DNA from: an uncultured delta proteobacterium
Lineage (GTDB): Bacteria > Myxococcota > Myxococcia > Myxococcales > Myxococcaceae
Direction of reading: 5' to 3'
DNA: 64,000 bases
NCBI GenBank assembly: GCA_963713045.1
Contig: CAVQKE010000007.1
Coordinates: forward strand, 320,001 to 384,000
This document shows, one piece after another, positions 29,101-40,100 of the stretch (position 1 is the first letter of the stretch; the number at the start of each line of letters is the position of its first letter). Position numbers and translations under genes: made by a program. A model generated the notes under the pieces. The model was not told where the DNA came from. It worked only from the letters and a program-made list of their open reading frames with translations, and ran no database searches.

Positions 29101-30090
29101 ATGGTTCTCGGACTTGCCGTCTTCTTCTTCGTGGCCTTTGTCGTGACTCTGGGGCTGTTGCTCTTCGGGTCGCACCGCCCCTCCACCTCCACCTCGACGG
29201 ACACCTCTCGGGAGGCTGAGCGCCTCCGAGTGGCGGAAACCGAGGCGGAGCGCCGGCGGCGGGAAAGCGACGAGGTCAAGGCCCAGTGCAATGACTTGCG
29301 GTCCGAGTTGAAGCAGTTGAAGCGCAAACTGCACGAGCAACGGACGGAAGGGCGCAGCGAGCAGGACTTGGTGCGCGCCCGCACCGAGGTGGAACGCAGC
29401 GCCTCCCAGCAGCTGGAAGTGGTGCGCGGCGAGCTGGCCCATGCCCTGGCGGAACTGGCCAAGCTGCGCGCCGACGCCGACGGCCCGCGCGGCCGCGGCC
29501 GACCTGCACCGCTGGCCTCGGCGCCTCCTGCACCCCCTGCGCCGCCGGTGCCCGCGGCGGCGGCGGCTGCGCCAATCCCCGCGCCGGAACCCGAGCGCGC
29601 CACCCGCCGCTTTCGCGAACTGTCGGATTCCGAGAAGGAAAAGCTCGAGCGGCTGGAACATCAAGCCACCCGCGAACGCACCCGCGCCCTTCAATTTCAG
29701 GCCGACGTCCGCCGTCTCAAAGGGCGCACCGAGACGCAGCACCGGGTGTGGGTTGTCACCAAGGGGGAGCTCGACCTTCTCAAGGACAAATTCAAAGCGT
29801 TGGAGAAGCGCCTCAACCGCACCCTGTTGGAGCGGGACCTCCTCAAGCGCGCCATTGGCGAGTTGGAGCGCCGCGGCGGCCTGACCGCCGGGCGCACGGA
29901 GTTGACCCCGGAGGAGATTGCCCTCTCGGACCGAGGCGTCGAGGAGCGCTCGCGCGCCGAAGCCGAAAGGCTGGAGCGGCGGACCACCGCGGCCGGACCT
30001 TCCGAGGCACCGGCCAACGGCACTCCCGAGGCGGAGGGCGTGGGCGAGCACTCCACGGCCGTCCCCGCCGGGCAGGAGAGCGCGAGCTAA
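29101..30090 (+). CDS. Membrane-anchored coiled-coil protein
   Basis: N-terminal TM segment, E/R/K-rich heptads, Pro/Ala linker. Confidence 0.7.
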   Translation: MVLGLAVFFFVAFVVTLGLLLFGSHRPSTSTSTDTSREAERLRVAETEAERRRRESDEVKAQCNDLRSELKQLKRKLHEQRTEGRSEQDLVRARTEVERSASQQLEVVRGELAHALAELAKLRADADGPRGRGRPAPLASAPPAPPAPPVPAAAAAAPIPAPEPERATRRFRELSDSEKEKLERLEHQATRERTRALQFQADVRRLKGRTETQHRVWVVTKGELDLLKDKFKALEKRLNRTLLERDLLKRAIGELERRGGLTAGRTELTPEEIALSDRGVEERSRAEAERLERRTTAAGPSEAPANGTPEAEGVGEHSTAVPAGQESAS

Positions 30091-30094
30091 GGCA

Positions 30095-31639
30095 GTGGCC
30101 TCGCGCCCCACCCTCTCACTCGCTACCCGCATTTTCCTCGGCCACGCCGCGGTGCTGTGCACCTTTGGCGTGGTGGCCCTCTTCAGCGTTTCGGAGCTCC
30201 ACCGAAGCCAGCAGGAGATGCGCCTGGTGGGCCAGGGCTACCTGCAGCTTTCCCAGGATGCGGCGGCCCTGGAAAGCCTGGTGAAGAACCAGGCACAGGA
30301 GTCGGCGCAAATTGGGCGAGAAAAAAATGGCGAGGCCCGGGCCGCCCTGATTCAACTCGCGCCCCGGACCTTTCCTCCGCTGCTGCGGCAGCGGTTGGCC
30401 TCGGCTGAGGCCACGCTGCAGGCCATCCGGCTGGACGCTCCGCCCGACGAGAAGCCCACCCTTTTGGAATTGGGCGCCCGGTTGGAGCAGCTGGAGCGGG
30501 CCGTGGACGAGACGGACAGCCTGTCCGCGGATGCCTACCGGCGCCTCGCCGCCGGCGCGCCGGATGCCACCTCAGCGATGGAAGCGCTGGCCGCGCACCA
30601 GGAAACGGTGGCCCGCGCCGTCCGGGCGCTGCGGGCCGCCGTCGAGGCGCGCATTGCCACCCGGGTGGAGCTCGCCGAGCGCCGGGAGAGAAGCCGGGGG
30701 CTGTTAGTCATCGCCCTCACCATTCTCAGCGTGGGCGTGGGGCTGTTGGCCACCGCGCTTTCGGCCCGCTCGCTGGCCCCGGTGCGCACCCTGATTGCCG
30801 GCGTGGGCCGAATCCGCACCGGGGACTACGCTGCCCAGCTGCCGGTGCGCGGGGATGACGAAATTGCCCAGCTGGCGCGGGAATTCAACGCCATGGCCAG
30901 GGAGCTGGCCGAGCGCCAGCGCCAACTGGAGGAAAAGCAGCGCGCGCTCTTGCTGGCCGAGCGCCTTGCGGCAGTGGGGCGCGTCTCGGCCCAAGTGGCC
31001 CATGAAGTCCGCAACCCCCTTTCCTCCATCGGCCTGAATACCGAATTGTTGGAGGAAGCCGTCCGCAAGGCACATTTCTCCGCGAAGTCCGACGAGAGAG
31101 AGGCCCAGCAGCTGCTGGCCGCCATTGCCGGCGAGGTGGACCGCCTCACCGAAGTGACGGACATGTACCTGCGTCTGGGGCGGCTGCCCCACCCAGCCCT
31201 GGTGCCGGAGGACGTCAACCAGCTGCTCGGCCGGGTGCTGGACTTCTCCACCGAGGAATTGGAGCGAGCCGGGGTGAGGGTGGAGCGGGACTTGGACCCC
31301 TCGGCGCCCCGGGCGCTGGCCGATGAAGGGCAGCTGCGGCAGGTCTTCCTTAACCTGCTCCGGAACAGCCGCGAAGCGATGCCGGCGGGCGGCACCCTCC
31401 GCGTCGCCTCCCGCGCAGCGGGGGACGCGGTGGAAGTCACCATTGCCGACAGTGGCGGCGGCATTCCCAAAGAAGCCCAAGGGCGCCTCTTCGAGCCCTT
31501 TTTCTCCACCAAATCCGGAGGCACCGGCTTGGGCCTGGCGCTGGCGCGGCAAATTTTAGAGGCCCACGGCGGCTCCATCGCCTGCACCTCCACCGCCGCC
31601 CAAGGCACCACCTTCCTGCTGCGTGTCCGCCGGGCCTGA
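30095..31639 (+). CDS. HAMP sensor histidine kinase
   Basis: Two TM segments, HAMP, AHEVRNPL H-box, NLLRNS, DSGGG, GTGLGL. Confidence 0.92.
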   Translation: MASRPTLSLATRIFLGHAAVLCTFGVVALFSVSELHRSQQEMRLVGQGYLQLSQDAAALESLVKNQAQESAQIGREKNGEARAALIQLAPRTFPPLLRQRLASAEATLQAIRLDAPPDEKPTLLELGARLEQLERAVDETDSLSADAYRRLAAGAPDATSAMEALAAHQETVARAVRALRAAVEARIATRVELAERRERSRGLLVIALTILSVGVGLLATALSARSLAPVRTLIAGVGRIRTGDYAAQLPVRGDDEIAQLAREFNAMARELAERQRQLEEKQRALLLAERLAAVGRVSAQVAHEVRNPLSSIGLNTELLEEAVRKAHFSAKSDEREAQQLLAAIAGEVDRLTEVTDMYLRLGRLPHPALVPEDVNQLLGRVLDFSTEELERAGVRVERDLDPSAPRALADEGQLRQVFLNLLRNSREAMPAGGTLRVASRAAGDAVEVTIADSGGGIPKEAQGRLFEPFFSTKSGGTGLGLALARQILEAHGGSIACTSTAAQGTTFLLRVRRA

Positions 31640-31696
31640 GCGCCCCCTCCGCCTTGGGGTGGGGCTGCTACAGTGCCGCCCCTAGCGCCTCTTTCT

Positions 31697-32047
31697 ATGG
31701 ACAGCTTCGTCCGACGCCTGGTGGAGCGCCTCCTCAGCGAGGGAGGGCCGCTTTCGCGCAACCGCCACTTCCACACCTTTGACACCCCCGAAGGGCGCAC
31801 CGCCCTGCGCATGGCCCGGCGACTCCGCGCGTTGCAGCGGGATGTGGCCCGCTGCCTAGCGGAAGGGGGAAGCGTGCAGCTGCGCCGGCTGGTGGACGCT
31901 GAAGTCGCCCGGGCCGAGGAGTTGTGCATCATCCACCGGGTGGGCACCCACCGGGCCTTCCTCTCGCGCGAGGAACTCCAGCTGTTGCGGACGCTGCCTG
32001 GCCTGGCTGAGGCGCTTGCCAGTCCCGCCGCACGGCGCGCCAGCTAG
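31697..32047 (+). CDS. Hypothetical protein
   Basis: MDSFVRRLVERL...LSRNRHFHTF; protein-like 116 aa ORF. Confidence 0.65.
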   Translation: MDSFVRRLVERLLSEGGPLSRNRHFHTFDTPEGRTALRMARRLRALQRDVARCLAEGGSVQLRRLVDAEVARAEELCIIHRVGTHRAFLSREELQLLRTLPGLAEALASPAARRAS

Positions 32048-33504
32048 GCCGGTGCGGCCGTGGCCTCGACCCAAGGCGCGTCGGCGCGGCGCTCTCCCGC
32101 GGCCAACAGCGCGCGCAGCACCGCTTCGGCGCCGGCCGGCACGGCGGCGACGCCTTGTGGAGCGGCGGCCAACAGCGGAGGGACGTCCGGCAGCACACAC
32201 ACCACTCGCAGGTGCCCCTGGTAGGCCAGCGCCGAGGCCAGGGCCAGGGTCTCCTCCGCATCGTCCAACACCAGCGCCCCCAGGGCGGAGGCGGTGAAGG
32301 GGCGCCAGAGGGGGCGGGCCGCGTCGGCCCCGGGCAGGACACAGAAGTCCAACCGCAGGCTTTCCCCAAGTTCCAGGCGGGCTACCGTCCCGAAGCCGCT
32401 TCCCCAGGCCGCCGCCTCCTCCGGCCCCGCCAATAAGTTCGGCAGCTGGGCGAGGAAGCGGCGGGTGCGCTCGGCGCCGTGGCTGCACAGCACCACCGTG
32501 GCCACCCGGGGGCGGGCCCCCGGGCGGCCGCGGAACAGCCGCGCGCGCAGCGCGTGCACCTCCGCCGCTGCCAACAGCGGCCCCGCGTCTTCCGGTAGCT
32601 GCGCCTCGCTGGCACGCACCAGGCCCCGCTGAAGAAGGCCCACCACCGCCTCCAGCACCGCGGCGTCCGGGCCAGGGTGCAAGTCCAACACCTCGGCCAG
32701 CGTGCGCGGCTCGCGCAGCTGAAGCAGCAGCCAGGCCCCCAGCCCGTCCGATGGGAGGCGGTGGCCCGGCACCGCGACCAGGCGCGCCTTCCACGGGGGC
32801 AACAGCGGGACTAAGCGACGCACCTCGTCCGCCTCGCGCATGCCCTCCAGCAAGGCGTCGTCCATGCCACGCGTAATGCGCGCCACGCTGGGCGGGGCCC
32901 CAGGGAGGAAGGCGAAGTTTCCTTCCGTCCAGGAAAGAAGCCGGAAGAGGGCCTTCTCGGCCTGCACGGTGCCCAGGGACGCGTCCACTGGACGGCCCTC
33001 GGCCACCACCACGGCGCCTTGTTCGCCAGCACGGCTCAGCTCCAGACGTCCGCTGCGCTTGTTCAGCTTGAGCATTTGAAGCAAGTCCGGCAGCGGCAGC
33101 TGGACGAGGGAGCCTTCCAACTCCTGAGCTTCGGTCAGTTGCGCGCCGGGCGCCCGGGAGAGGAGCTCCTCAATCCGGGCCAGGACGTCCCCCAGCTGGA
33201 AGGGCTTCTGCAGGACGCCCTGCACAGCGTCCCCTGAGGCTCTGGCGGCACCGGTGCGCACCACAGGAATGCCCTCGGTGCGGGGATTGCTGCCGAGAAT
33301 TTGGGTGAAGACGCCGGCTTCAATGAGGGGACAGGCTTCGTCGAAGAGGACCACGTCCGGGTGCCGCAGCACGGCCAGCTCCAGCGCCCGGCTGCCGTCG
33401 GAGGCGTAATGCACCTGGTAGCCGCGCTGACGCAGGGCCTTGGTGAGGCTGCGCGCCACCTCCAGGTCCGGGTCGGCGATGAGGACTTTGCGAACGGCCG
33501 TCAT
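32044..33504 (-). CDS. Receiver domain + DUF4388 + degenerate small-GTPase-like domain
   Basis: REC (VLIADPD..PDVVLFD..KPF); G.L..L.LPDLLQML...SGRL DUF4388; C-terminal LDFCVLPG....PLW.....ALGALVLD. Confidence 0.8.
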   Translation of the reverse strand: MTAVRKVLIADPDLEVARSLTKALRQRGYQVHYASDGSRALELAVLRHPDVVLFDEACPLIEAGVFTQILGSNPRTEGIPVVRTGAARASGDAVQGVLQKPFQLGDVLARIEELLSRAPGAQLTEAQELEGSLVQLPLPDLLQMLKLNKRSGRLELSRAGEQGAVVVAEGRPVDASLGTVQAEKALFRLLSWTEGNFAFLPGAPPSVARITRGMDDALLEGMREADEVRRLVPLLPPWKARLVAVPGHRLPSDGLGAWLLLQLREPRTLAEVLDLHPGPDAAVLEAVVGLLQRGLVRASEAQLPEDAGPLLAAAEVHALRARLFRGRPGARPRVATVVLCSHGAERTRRFLAQLPNLLAGPEEAAAWGSGFGTVARLELGESLRLDFCVLPGADAARPLWRPFTASALGALVLDDAEETLALASALAYQGHLRVVCVLPDVPPLLAAAPQGVAAVPAGAEAVLRALLAAGERRADAPWVEATAAPA

Positions 33505-33535
33505 GCGTCAGTCGGCGCCAGTGGCGCGGGAGGGG

Positions 33536-34993
33536 CTAGTAGGGTTGTAAGTCATAGGTGGTTTGCAGCTTGGCGACGAGGCCATCCACCACGGCGACGT
33601 CCGAGGTGTGAAAGCCCCAGGTGGCCCCATGCCCGCGCCGCTGGAGCAGCGCGTAGGCACTCTGCTCGCCCAGCCAGAGGAGAAATTCATAGCGGCCGAG
33701 CCGCTCGTCGCCGGCCACAAAGACCGGGGTGAGGCCGGGGTGGGCTTGGAAGTCCCCGCGCCGCCCCAAGAGGTAGACCCGGGCGGAGAGGCCCGGCGGG
33801 GCGCGCTCCAGCCCCCGGGCAATGGCCAAGTCCGAGCGCACCTCACCCGCGCCGACGTAGACCAGGCCCCGCGTCGCCGGGTCGCGTTGCAGCTCTCGAG
33901 CCACCTCGGCCTGCACCGCTTGGAAGAGGCCGTCGGAGACTTTGCCCCGACGCGATGGCTCAGACTCCCCGTCCGCCGGCAGACGCGGCGACTGCGTACT
34001 CCCGAGGAGAAGCTCCACCGTCTCCCAGAAGTCCAGGCCCTCCAGCATCAGCCGCCGCTGGAGGGACACCCGGCGCTCGTCCATCCGCCGCCGGCAGCGC
34101 TGCACCAAGTCGTCGAAGTCCTCGCCGTCCCTGGGGAACGTGCTGGCCCCGGCAACCAGCGACAGCGGGACCTGGGCCTCAATCGACTGGACCTCCGGCG
34201 AATCGCGCACCGTCTGTAACGCCCGGCGGCTGAAGACGACGGCGCCGAAGGCGTCCGTCTCCGGCAGCAGAAGGTAAAACTCTGAGTCTGATATTCGCGC
34301 CAGCACGTCAGAGTCTCGCAGCACCGAGGCGAAGAGGCGGATGACGGCGCGGGTGGCGGCGCGGGCCTCCTCGGGCCCGAGGCGGCTGCGGAGCGAGCCG
34401 AGGTTGTCCAAGGAGAAGAGGAGGAGGGAGAAGCTGCGCCCATAGCGGCGGGCACGGTCCATCTCCTTGGTGGCGTAGTCGGTAAAATACGCCAGGTGGT
34501 AGGCGGATGTGTCCGGGTCCCGGAGGCCGAGCCGCTGCAGCGCGAGAAAGCGCCGGGCATTCTGAAAGGCCAAAGACGCCGTGGTCGCCAGAAGTTCCAC
34601 CGCGGCGCGCGCCTCGCCAGCGAAGGCGCCGCTCAGCGGGTCCGCCAGGCGGCACAGGCCGAGCACCTCGCCGTGGACGCTGAAGGGGACGTACAGCACC
34701 GTGCCCTCGGCCTTGCGCGCCTCCCAGGGAACGCCGACGCGCACCCGCGCCTCCGTGAGGACGTCCGGGGCAGGCGGACGGCCCGCGGCGCCCCGCCACA
34801 CCCGTAGCTGAAGCGGCCCGCGAGTGAGGCACGTCCACAGAGCGCCGGAGCGCGCGTCGGAGGCGGCCAACAACTCTGCCAGCACGCGCTCCTGGAGCCA
34901 CTCCAACTCCGGCTGGGCGAAGAGAGAGCGCGCCCGCTCGTGCAGGTGCACTTGGGTAGAAAGCGCCAGCTCCTCGGAGGCTTCCGCGCTCAC
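33536..34993 (-). CDS. GAF + degenerate GGDEF-domain protein
   Basis: DPDTSAY, RARRYGRSFSLL, RDSDVLARISDSEF (SDSEF in place of GGDEF). Confidence 0.8.
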   Translation of the reverse strand: MSAEASEELALSTQVHLHERARSLFAQPELEWLQERVLAELLAASDARSGALWTCLTRGPLQLRVWRGAAGRPPAPDVLTEARVRVGVPWEARKAEGTVLYVPFSVHGEVLGLCRLADPLSGAFAGEARAAVELLATTASLAFQNARRFLALQRLGLRDPDTSAYHLAYFTDYATKEMDRARRYGRSFSLLLFSLDNLGSLRSRLGPEEARAATRAVIRLFASVLRDSDVLARISDSEFYLLLPETDAFGAVVFSRRALQTVRDSPEVQSIEAQVPLSLVAGASTFPRDGEDFDDLVQRCRRRMDERRVSLQRRLMLEGLDFWETVELLLGSTQSPRLPADGESEPSRRGKVSDGLFQAVQAEVARELQRDPATRGLVYVGAGEVRSDLAIARGLERAPPGLSARVYLLGRRGDFQAHPGLTPVFVAGDERLGRYEFLLWLGEQSAYALLQRRGHGATWGFHTSDVAVVDGLVAKLQTTYDLQPY

Positions 34994-35847
34994 CGGAGAG
35001 TGGTCTCCTCAAGGGGCAACTCTGGCACCTCTGCTGAGAAGACGAAGGTGGCCGGGCCCCGCAGCACCACCGAGGAGAGGTCCGCCGCAAGCCGCAGGAA
35101 AAGCGTTCCCCCCGGCAGCGCCACCGGCGTCGTGCTTTCCTTGGCCACCCAGCCGGCCAGAGTCGCGGCCACCAGCGCGGCACATGCGCCGGTCCCACAC
35201 GCCTGGGTGAGGCCCACCCCGCGCTCCCACACCACCACGCGAAGGCCCCCTTCCTCCTGAGCGACAAACTCCACGTTGGTCCGCTCGGGAAAGCCTCTGG
35301 ACATTTCCAGCGGCGGGCCCCAGACGGAGGCCTGGCCGATGGGGGCGTCCAAAAGGACGAGGTGGGGATTGCCCATGCTGACGGCCGTCCCGTGAAAGGG
35401 CGTCCCGGGCACCGGTGCCCCCACCCACGGTTTCCCAGTGCCGGAAGACGGAAGGTGTGGGGCGACCAGACGCGCCGGGCCCATGTCCACCTCCACCTCC
35501 TCGACGCCTGCGCCTCGCCAGAGGCCGCGCGCGGTGAGGACGCCGGCGTCCGTCTCCACGCGCAACTCCTCGCGACGACCGGCGGCACCCTCCAGCACGT
35601 GCTTGACGACGCACCGCAACCCGTTGCCACACATTTCCGGCACCGAGCCGTCGGCGTTGTGAATGCTGAGACGCACGTCGCCGCGCGAGGACGGTAAGAG
35701 GACCAACGCCCCGTCTGCCCCCACTCCCCGTCGCCTATTGCACAGCGCCTGCGTGGCCGCGGGCCCAATGTCCTCGCCGCCCGCGCGCCGGTCGAGAAGG
35801 ACGAAGTCATTGCCTAGCCCGTGGTACTTGTGCAGGCGTTCAGTCAT
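34990..35847 (-). CDS. dapF: Diaminopimelate epimerase
   Basis: KYHGLGNDF, EMCGNGLRC, MGNPH, WERGVG.TQACGTG. Confidence 0.95.
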   Translation of the reverse strand: MTERLHKYHGLGNDFVLLDRRAGGEDIGPAATQALCNRRRGVGADGALVLLPSSRGDVRLSIHNADGSVPEMCGNGLRCVVKHVLEGAAGRREELRVETDAGVLTARGLWRGAGVEEVEVDMGPARLVAPHLPSSGTGKPWVGAPVPGTPFHGTAVSMGNPHLVLLDAPIGQASVWGPPLEMSRGFPERTNVEFVAQEEGGLRVVVWERGVGLTQACGTGACAALVAATLAGWVAKESTTPVALPGGTLFLRLAADLSSVVLRGPATFVFSAEVPELPLEETTLR

Positions 35848-37118
35848 CGCTGGAAGTCCCGGACGTCGTCGCTCACCGTCCCATGCTGAACGACGGCGAG
35901 CAGGCTACTGGACAGCCTTGGGACAGCAAAGCACCGCCCCCCGACGCCGGCGGGTTGGAGACGACAGCGGAACCTCAGGAGCGAACGGTTGCGTCGGCAA
36001 GTGGGGCAGGCCTGCGAATCGCGCTGCTGAAAAGCGACTAGCGCCACCGAGTGCTGAAGTGGTGCGCCGTTCTATCCTGCCGTGGACGGCGCGCGACTCT
36101 CTTAGAGAGTGCGGCAATGGGCCCGGTCCCGGTGCTTCAAAGAGGCTTGTGGCTTCATCCAGCAGCATCCCAGCCATCGCGACAGCCGTCGACGCCAGCT
36201 GCGAAAGTGGCAGGCCCCCGTGTCTTGGCGCTCGCCGCGCCTGCGGAGTTAACGGAAGCGGAAGCGCGCCTCGGACGCTGAGCGACGCAGGGGCCGTTGG
36301 AACGGCGATGAGCGTGTCGCCGACAACGCTGAAGCCCAATGGCGCCGCCCTAATCGAGCCCGCTTGTGCCAGTGCATCCCAGTACCCTCAGCGTGAATGC
36401 CTCGACCTGTGTCGGGAACGCCGACGGCGAGGCTTCGGCGACGACGCGTTCGCCCGTGGCCATCAACTCCGGGGGCACGTCGCGCTTGCCCGCCGCGAGC
36501 GCCATGGGCTTCACGGAGGCCGAGGGCGTAGCCGGCTACAGCGCGCTGCGCCGCGTGCCAGGAACCTCCAGACGAACCCCGGCTGACCTGCACAACGGCG
36601 GCATGAAGCTCCCGGCCTGCGTCCTGTGAGAGGAAATGCCCTCCCGGAGCGTCTATCTGACAACGAGGACGAGTGTCTGTCCTCATGCCCAGTGGGGGGC
36701 TTTGTGCAGCGCGGCGCCGACGTCAGATTCTTTCCTCCCGCAGCCTGTCTCCCGCATCAGCCGATGTCAGGTGGAAGAGTTGCCACCAGTTCCGGCACCA
36801 GCTCCCACCATGGAGCGAGCGCACCAGTGGGGTTGGCTTGGGTGGTCGCTCCCAGGGCACCGGGCCGACTGAACCGTCCGGACGAAAAGCCGCCCCCAAC
36901 CATCGTGCGGGCAAGACTCCTTTTCCTCGGGTCAATTGTCATGGGTTCGGGAATGAAGCGAGTGGCGCCGAGCCAGGACGTCTTCGTTCGCCTAACCGCT
37001 CAGCACCCTCGGCTGGGTTGTCCTCCCGGGAACGGTGGAGGGACTGCTTGGCCGTGAGCAGCTTCTCAACGGCTGTACTGAGGACACGCTTCGGAGCGAC
37101 GAGGCCTGGGGGGACTCC

Positions 37119-40100
37119 ATGAGAGGGGTTTTCGTTCGACACAGTGTCTTAGCGTTCACCGCTGTTGTCCTGACGGCCTGTAATGGCGGCACCAAGATTA
37201 CAAGCATTACACCGAATTCAGGGCCGGCATCGGGTGGGAGAGTTGTCACCATCAAAGGCGTCGACTTGGCCCAGGTGACAACGGTCGACTTCGCAACACC
37301 GCCGGGGCCTGGATTGCCCGAAGGACCTGGGTTTTTTTTCCACGCGTTTGCGACGGCTCTCCAGGACGTGGATTCGACAACTGTCATTTGCACGACCCCA
37401 GCGGACCCGAACCCAGCCGTCCCGCAAGATGGGGATGTCGCCACGGTTACGGTCAACGCTCCCGGCGCGCAGGCAGAGCTTAGCAACGGGTTTACCTATT
37501 ACCTTCTGCCTGCCCCAACCGTCAGTGGCGTGACTCCGTCAGCCGGGCCGACAACGGGTGGGACTGCAGTCACCGTCACCGGCGCCAACTTTGACGCTGG
37601 AACAACTGTCCAATTCGGCTCCGCTCCGGCCTCCTCAGTCACCGTCAACGGTTCCACAAGCCTAGTTGCCACAACGCCCCCAGAAAACGCGGGAGTTGTC
37701 GACGTGACGGTCACCAACCCGGACACACAGTCCGGAGTGCTTTCTGGAGGCTTCACCTACCTCAGCATTTTCCCCGCCCCCGTCCTCACCAGTGTGATGC
37801 CGACGTCCGGGAAAACGGACGGCGGGGACTCTGTCACCCTGAGCGGCTTGAACATCCAAACAGGCGCAACCGTTCAATTCGGCTCCGCTCAGGCTTCGAA
37901 TGTCACCGTCAACAGTGGTCACAACGGTCTCTTTGCCACGACTCCCGCAGAAAGCGAGGCGGGATTTGTCGACGTCACACTCACCAACCCCGACGGGCAG
38001 TCCGCGGTGCTTCCTCGCGGCTTCACCTATTTCTTTTACTTGTCGCCGGTGCCCACCATCGTCGGCGTGTCTCCGTCGACGGGGCCAGCGACGGGCGGGA
38101 CAAGTGTCACCATCGCCGGAACCAACTTCCAATTGCCCAACTACCCCGGAGTACCAAGTGTTCAATTCGGCTCTGCTTTTGCCTCGGCTGTGACCGTCAA
38201 TAGTCCGGTCAGCCTCTCCGCGACGACGCCCGCGGGCATGGTGGGTGCAGTCGATGTGACAGTCACCGCCCCCGACGGGCAGTCCGCCGTGCTTCAGAGC
38301 GGCTTCACCTATTACGTCGGGGCGCCGCCCACCATCAGCAGCGTGTCTCCCTCAAGCGGGCCAGTGTGGGGTGGGACTGCTGTCGCCATTTCCGGCACCA
38401 ACTTCGCTTCCGGAGCAACCGTTCAATTCGGCGACCGTCCTGCCTCGGCTGTCACCGTCAACAGTTCGACAAGCCTCACCGCGACAACGCCCTTTTACGA
38501 GGGATTCGAGGGAGCGGTTAACGTCCAAGTCACCAACTCCGACGGACAGTCTGCAAGCCTTCCGAACGGTTTCACCTACCTCGGTCCGGCCCCCATCGTC
38601 AGCAGCGTGACGCCGAGGACCGGGCCGACTTCGGGTGGGACGGCCGTCACCATTTACGGTGACAACTTCCAGCAGGGAGCAGCCGTCACGTTCGGCCAGG
38701 CCGGAGACCCAAATGCCACCGTCAACAGCCCGACAACCATCTCCGCCACGACTCCCGCAGAAGCGTCGGGGGTAGTCGATGTGACAGTCACGAACCTCGA
38801 CTTTAAGTCCGGAGTGCTTCACGATGGTTTCACCTACACCAATTCACCCCCTCCAACCCTGAGCAGCGTGATGCCGGTGTCCGGGCCGCTTCCGGGCGGG
38901 ACTCCAGTCACCCTGAGCGGTAGCAACTTCCAACAGGGAGCAACCGTCCAATTCGGCTCTGCTTTTGCCAGGGTTGCCACCGTCACTCCGACAAGCATCT
39001 CCGCCACGACTCCCGCAGGAGCAGGAGCTGTGGACGTGACCGTCACCAATCCGGACACACAGTCCGTAGTGCTTCATGACGGCTTCACTTACACAGATGC
39101 CCCCACCCTTACCAGTGTGATGCCGACGTCCGGGCCTGTCGCGGGTATGACTGTCGTCACCCTCAGCGGGACGAATTTCCAAATGGGAGCGACCGCACAC
39201 TTCCACGGTGTTCCGGCCACGGCTGTCACCGTCAACAACACGCTAAGCATCACTGCCACCACGCCCGCGGGAACGGCTGGGGCTGCCGATGTCACAGTGA
39301 TCAACCCAGACGGGCAATTCGCAACGCTTTCTGGCGGCTTCAGCTACTTCCTGGTGACCGGCATCGCCTCGGGCTCGGCCCACACGTGCGCCCTTGTCAA
39401 TGGCGGCGCGCAGTGCTGGGGATCGAACGTTGGTGGCCAGCTCGGGAACGACTCCACGGCTGTGGACAGCTATGTGCCTGTGCCGGTCTCCAATCTGACT
39501 GGTGGCGTCACGGCAATCGTCGGCGGCCTCGGACACACGTGCGCGCTCGTCAACGGCGGCGTGCAATGCTGGGGGAGCAACAGCTATGGCCAGCTGGGGA
39601 ACAACACCACCAACAACAGCAACGTGCCGGTGCCGGTGCCGGCACTGACCAGCGGCGTGCAGGCCATCGCCGCGGCCGGCAACCATACCTGCGCGGTCGA
39701 CGCGAATGGCGCCGCCTGGTGCTGGGGGGACAACCAAGCCGGCGACCTCGGAAACAACTCCACCACCGAGAGCCTTGTGCCGGTGTCGGTGCACGGCCTC
39801 ACCAGCGGCGTCAAGGCCATCGCCGCCGGCGCAGACCATAGCTGCGCAATCGACATGAACGGCGCCGCCTGGTGCTGGGGGGACAACCAATATGGCGAGC
39901 TCGGCAACAACTCCACCAACTACAGCGCGGTGCCGGTTCCGGTGCAGGGCCTGACCAGCGGCGTGCAGGTCATCGCCGCGGGCGGCGGGGCCGCCGAGCA
40001 CACCTGCGCCATCCCCGCGAACAACACCGTCATGTGCTGGGGCAACAACCAATATGGCCAGCTGGGGAACAACTCGACGACCAACAGTGACGTGCCGGTG

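Noticed and set aside
35905..36686. ORFs in the dapF-to-IPT intergenic region
   Set aside because: No recognisable motifs; possibly a decayed gene, but unsupported
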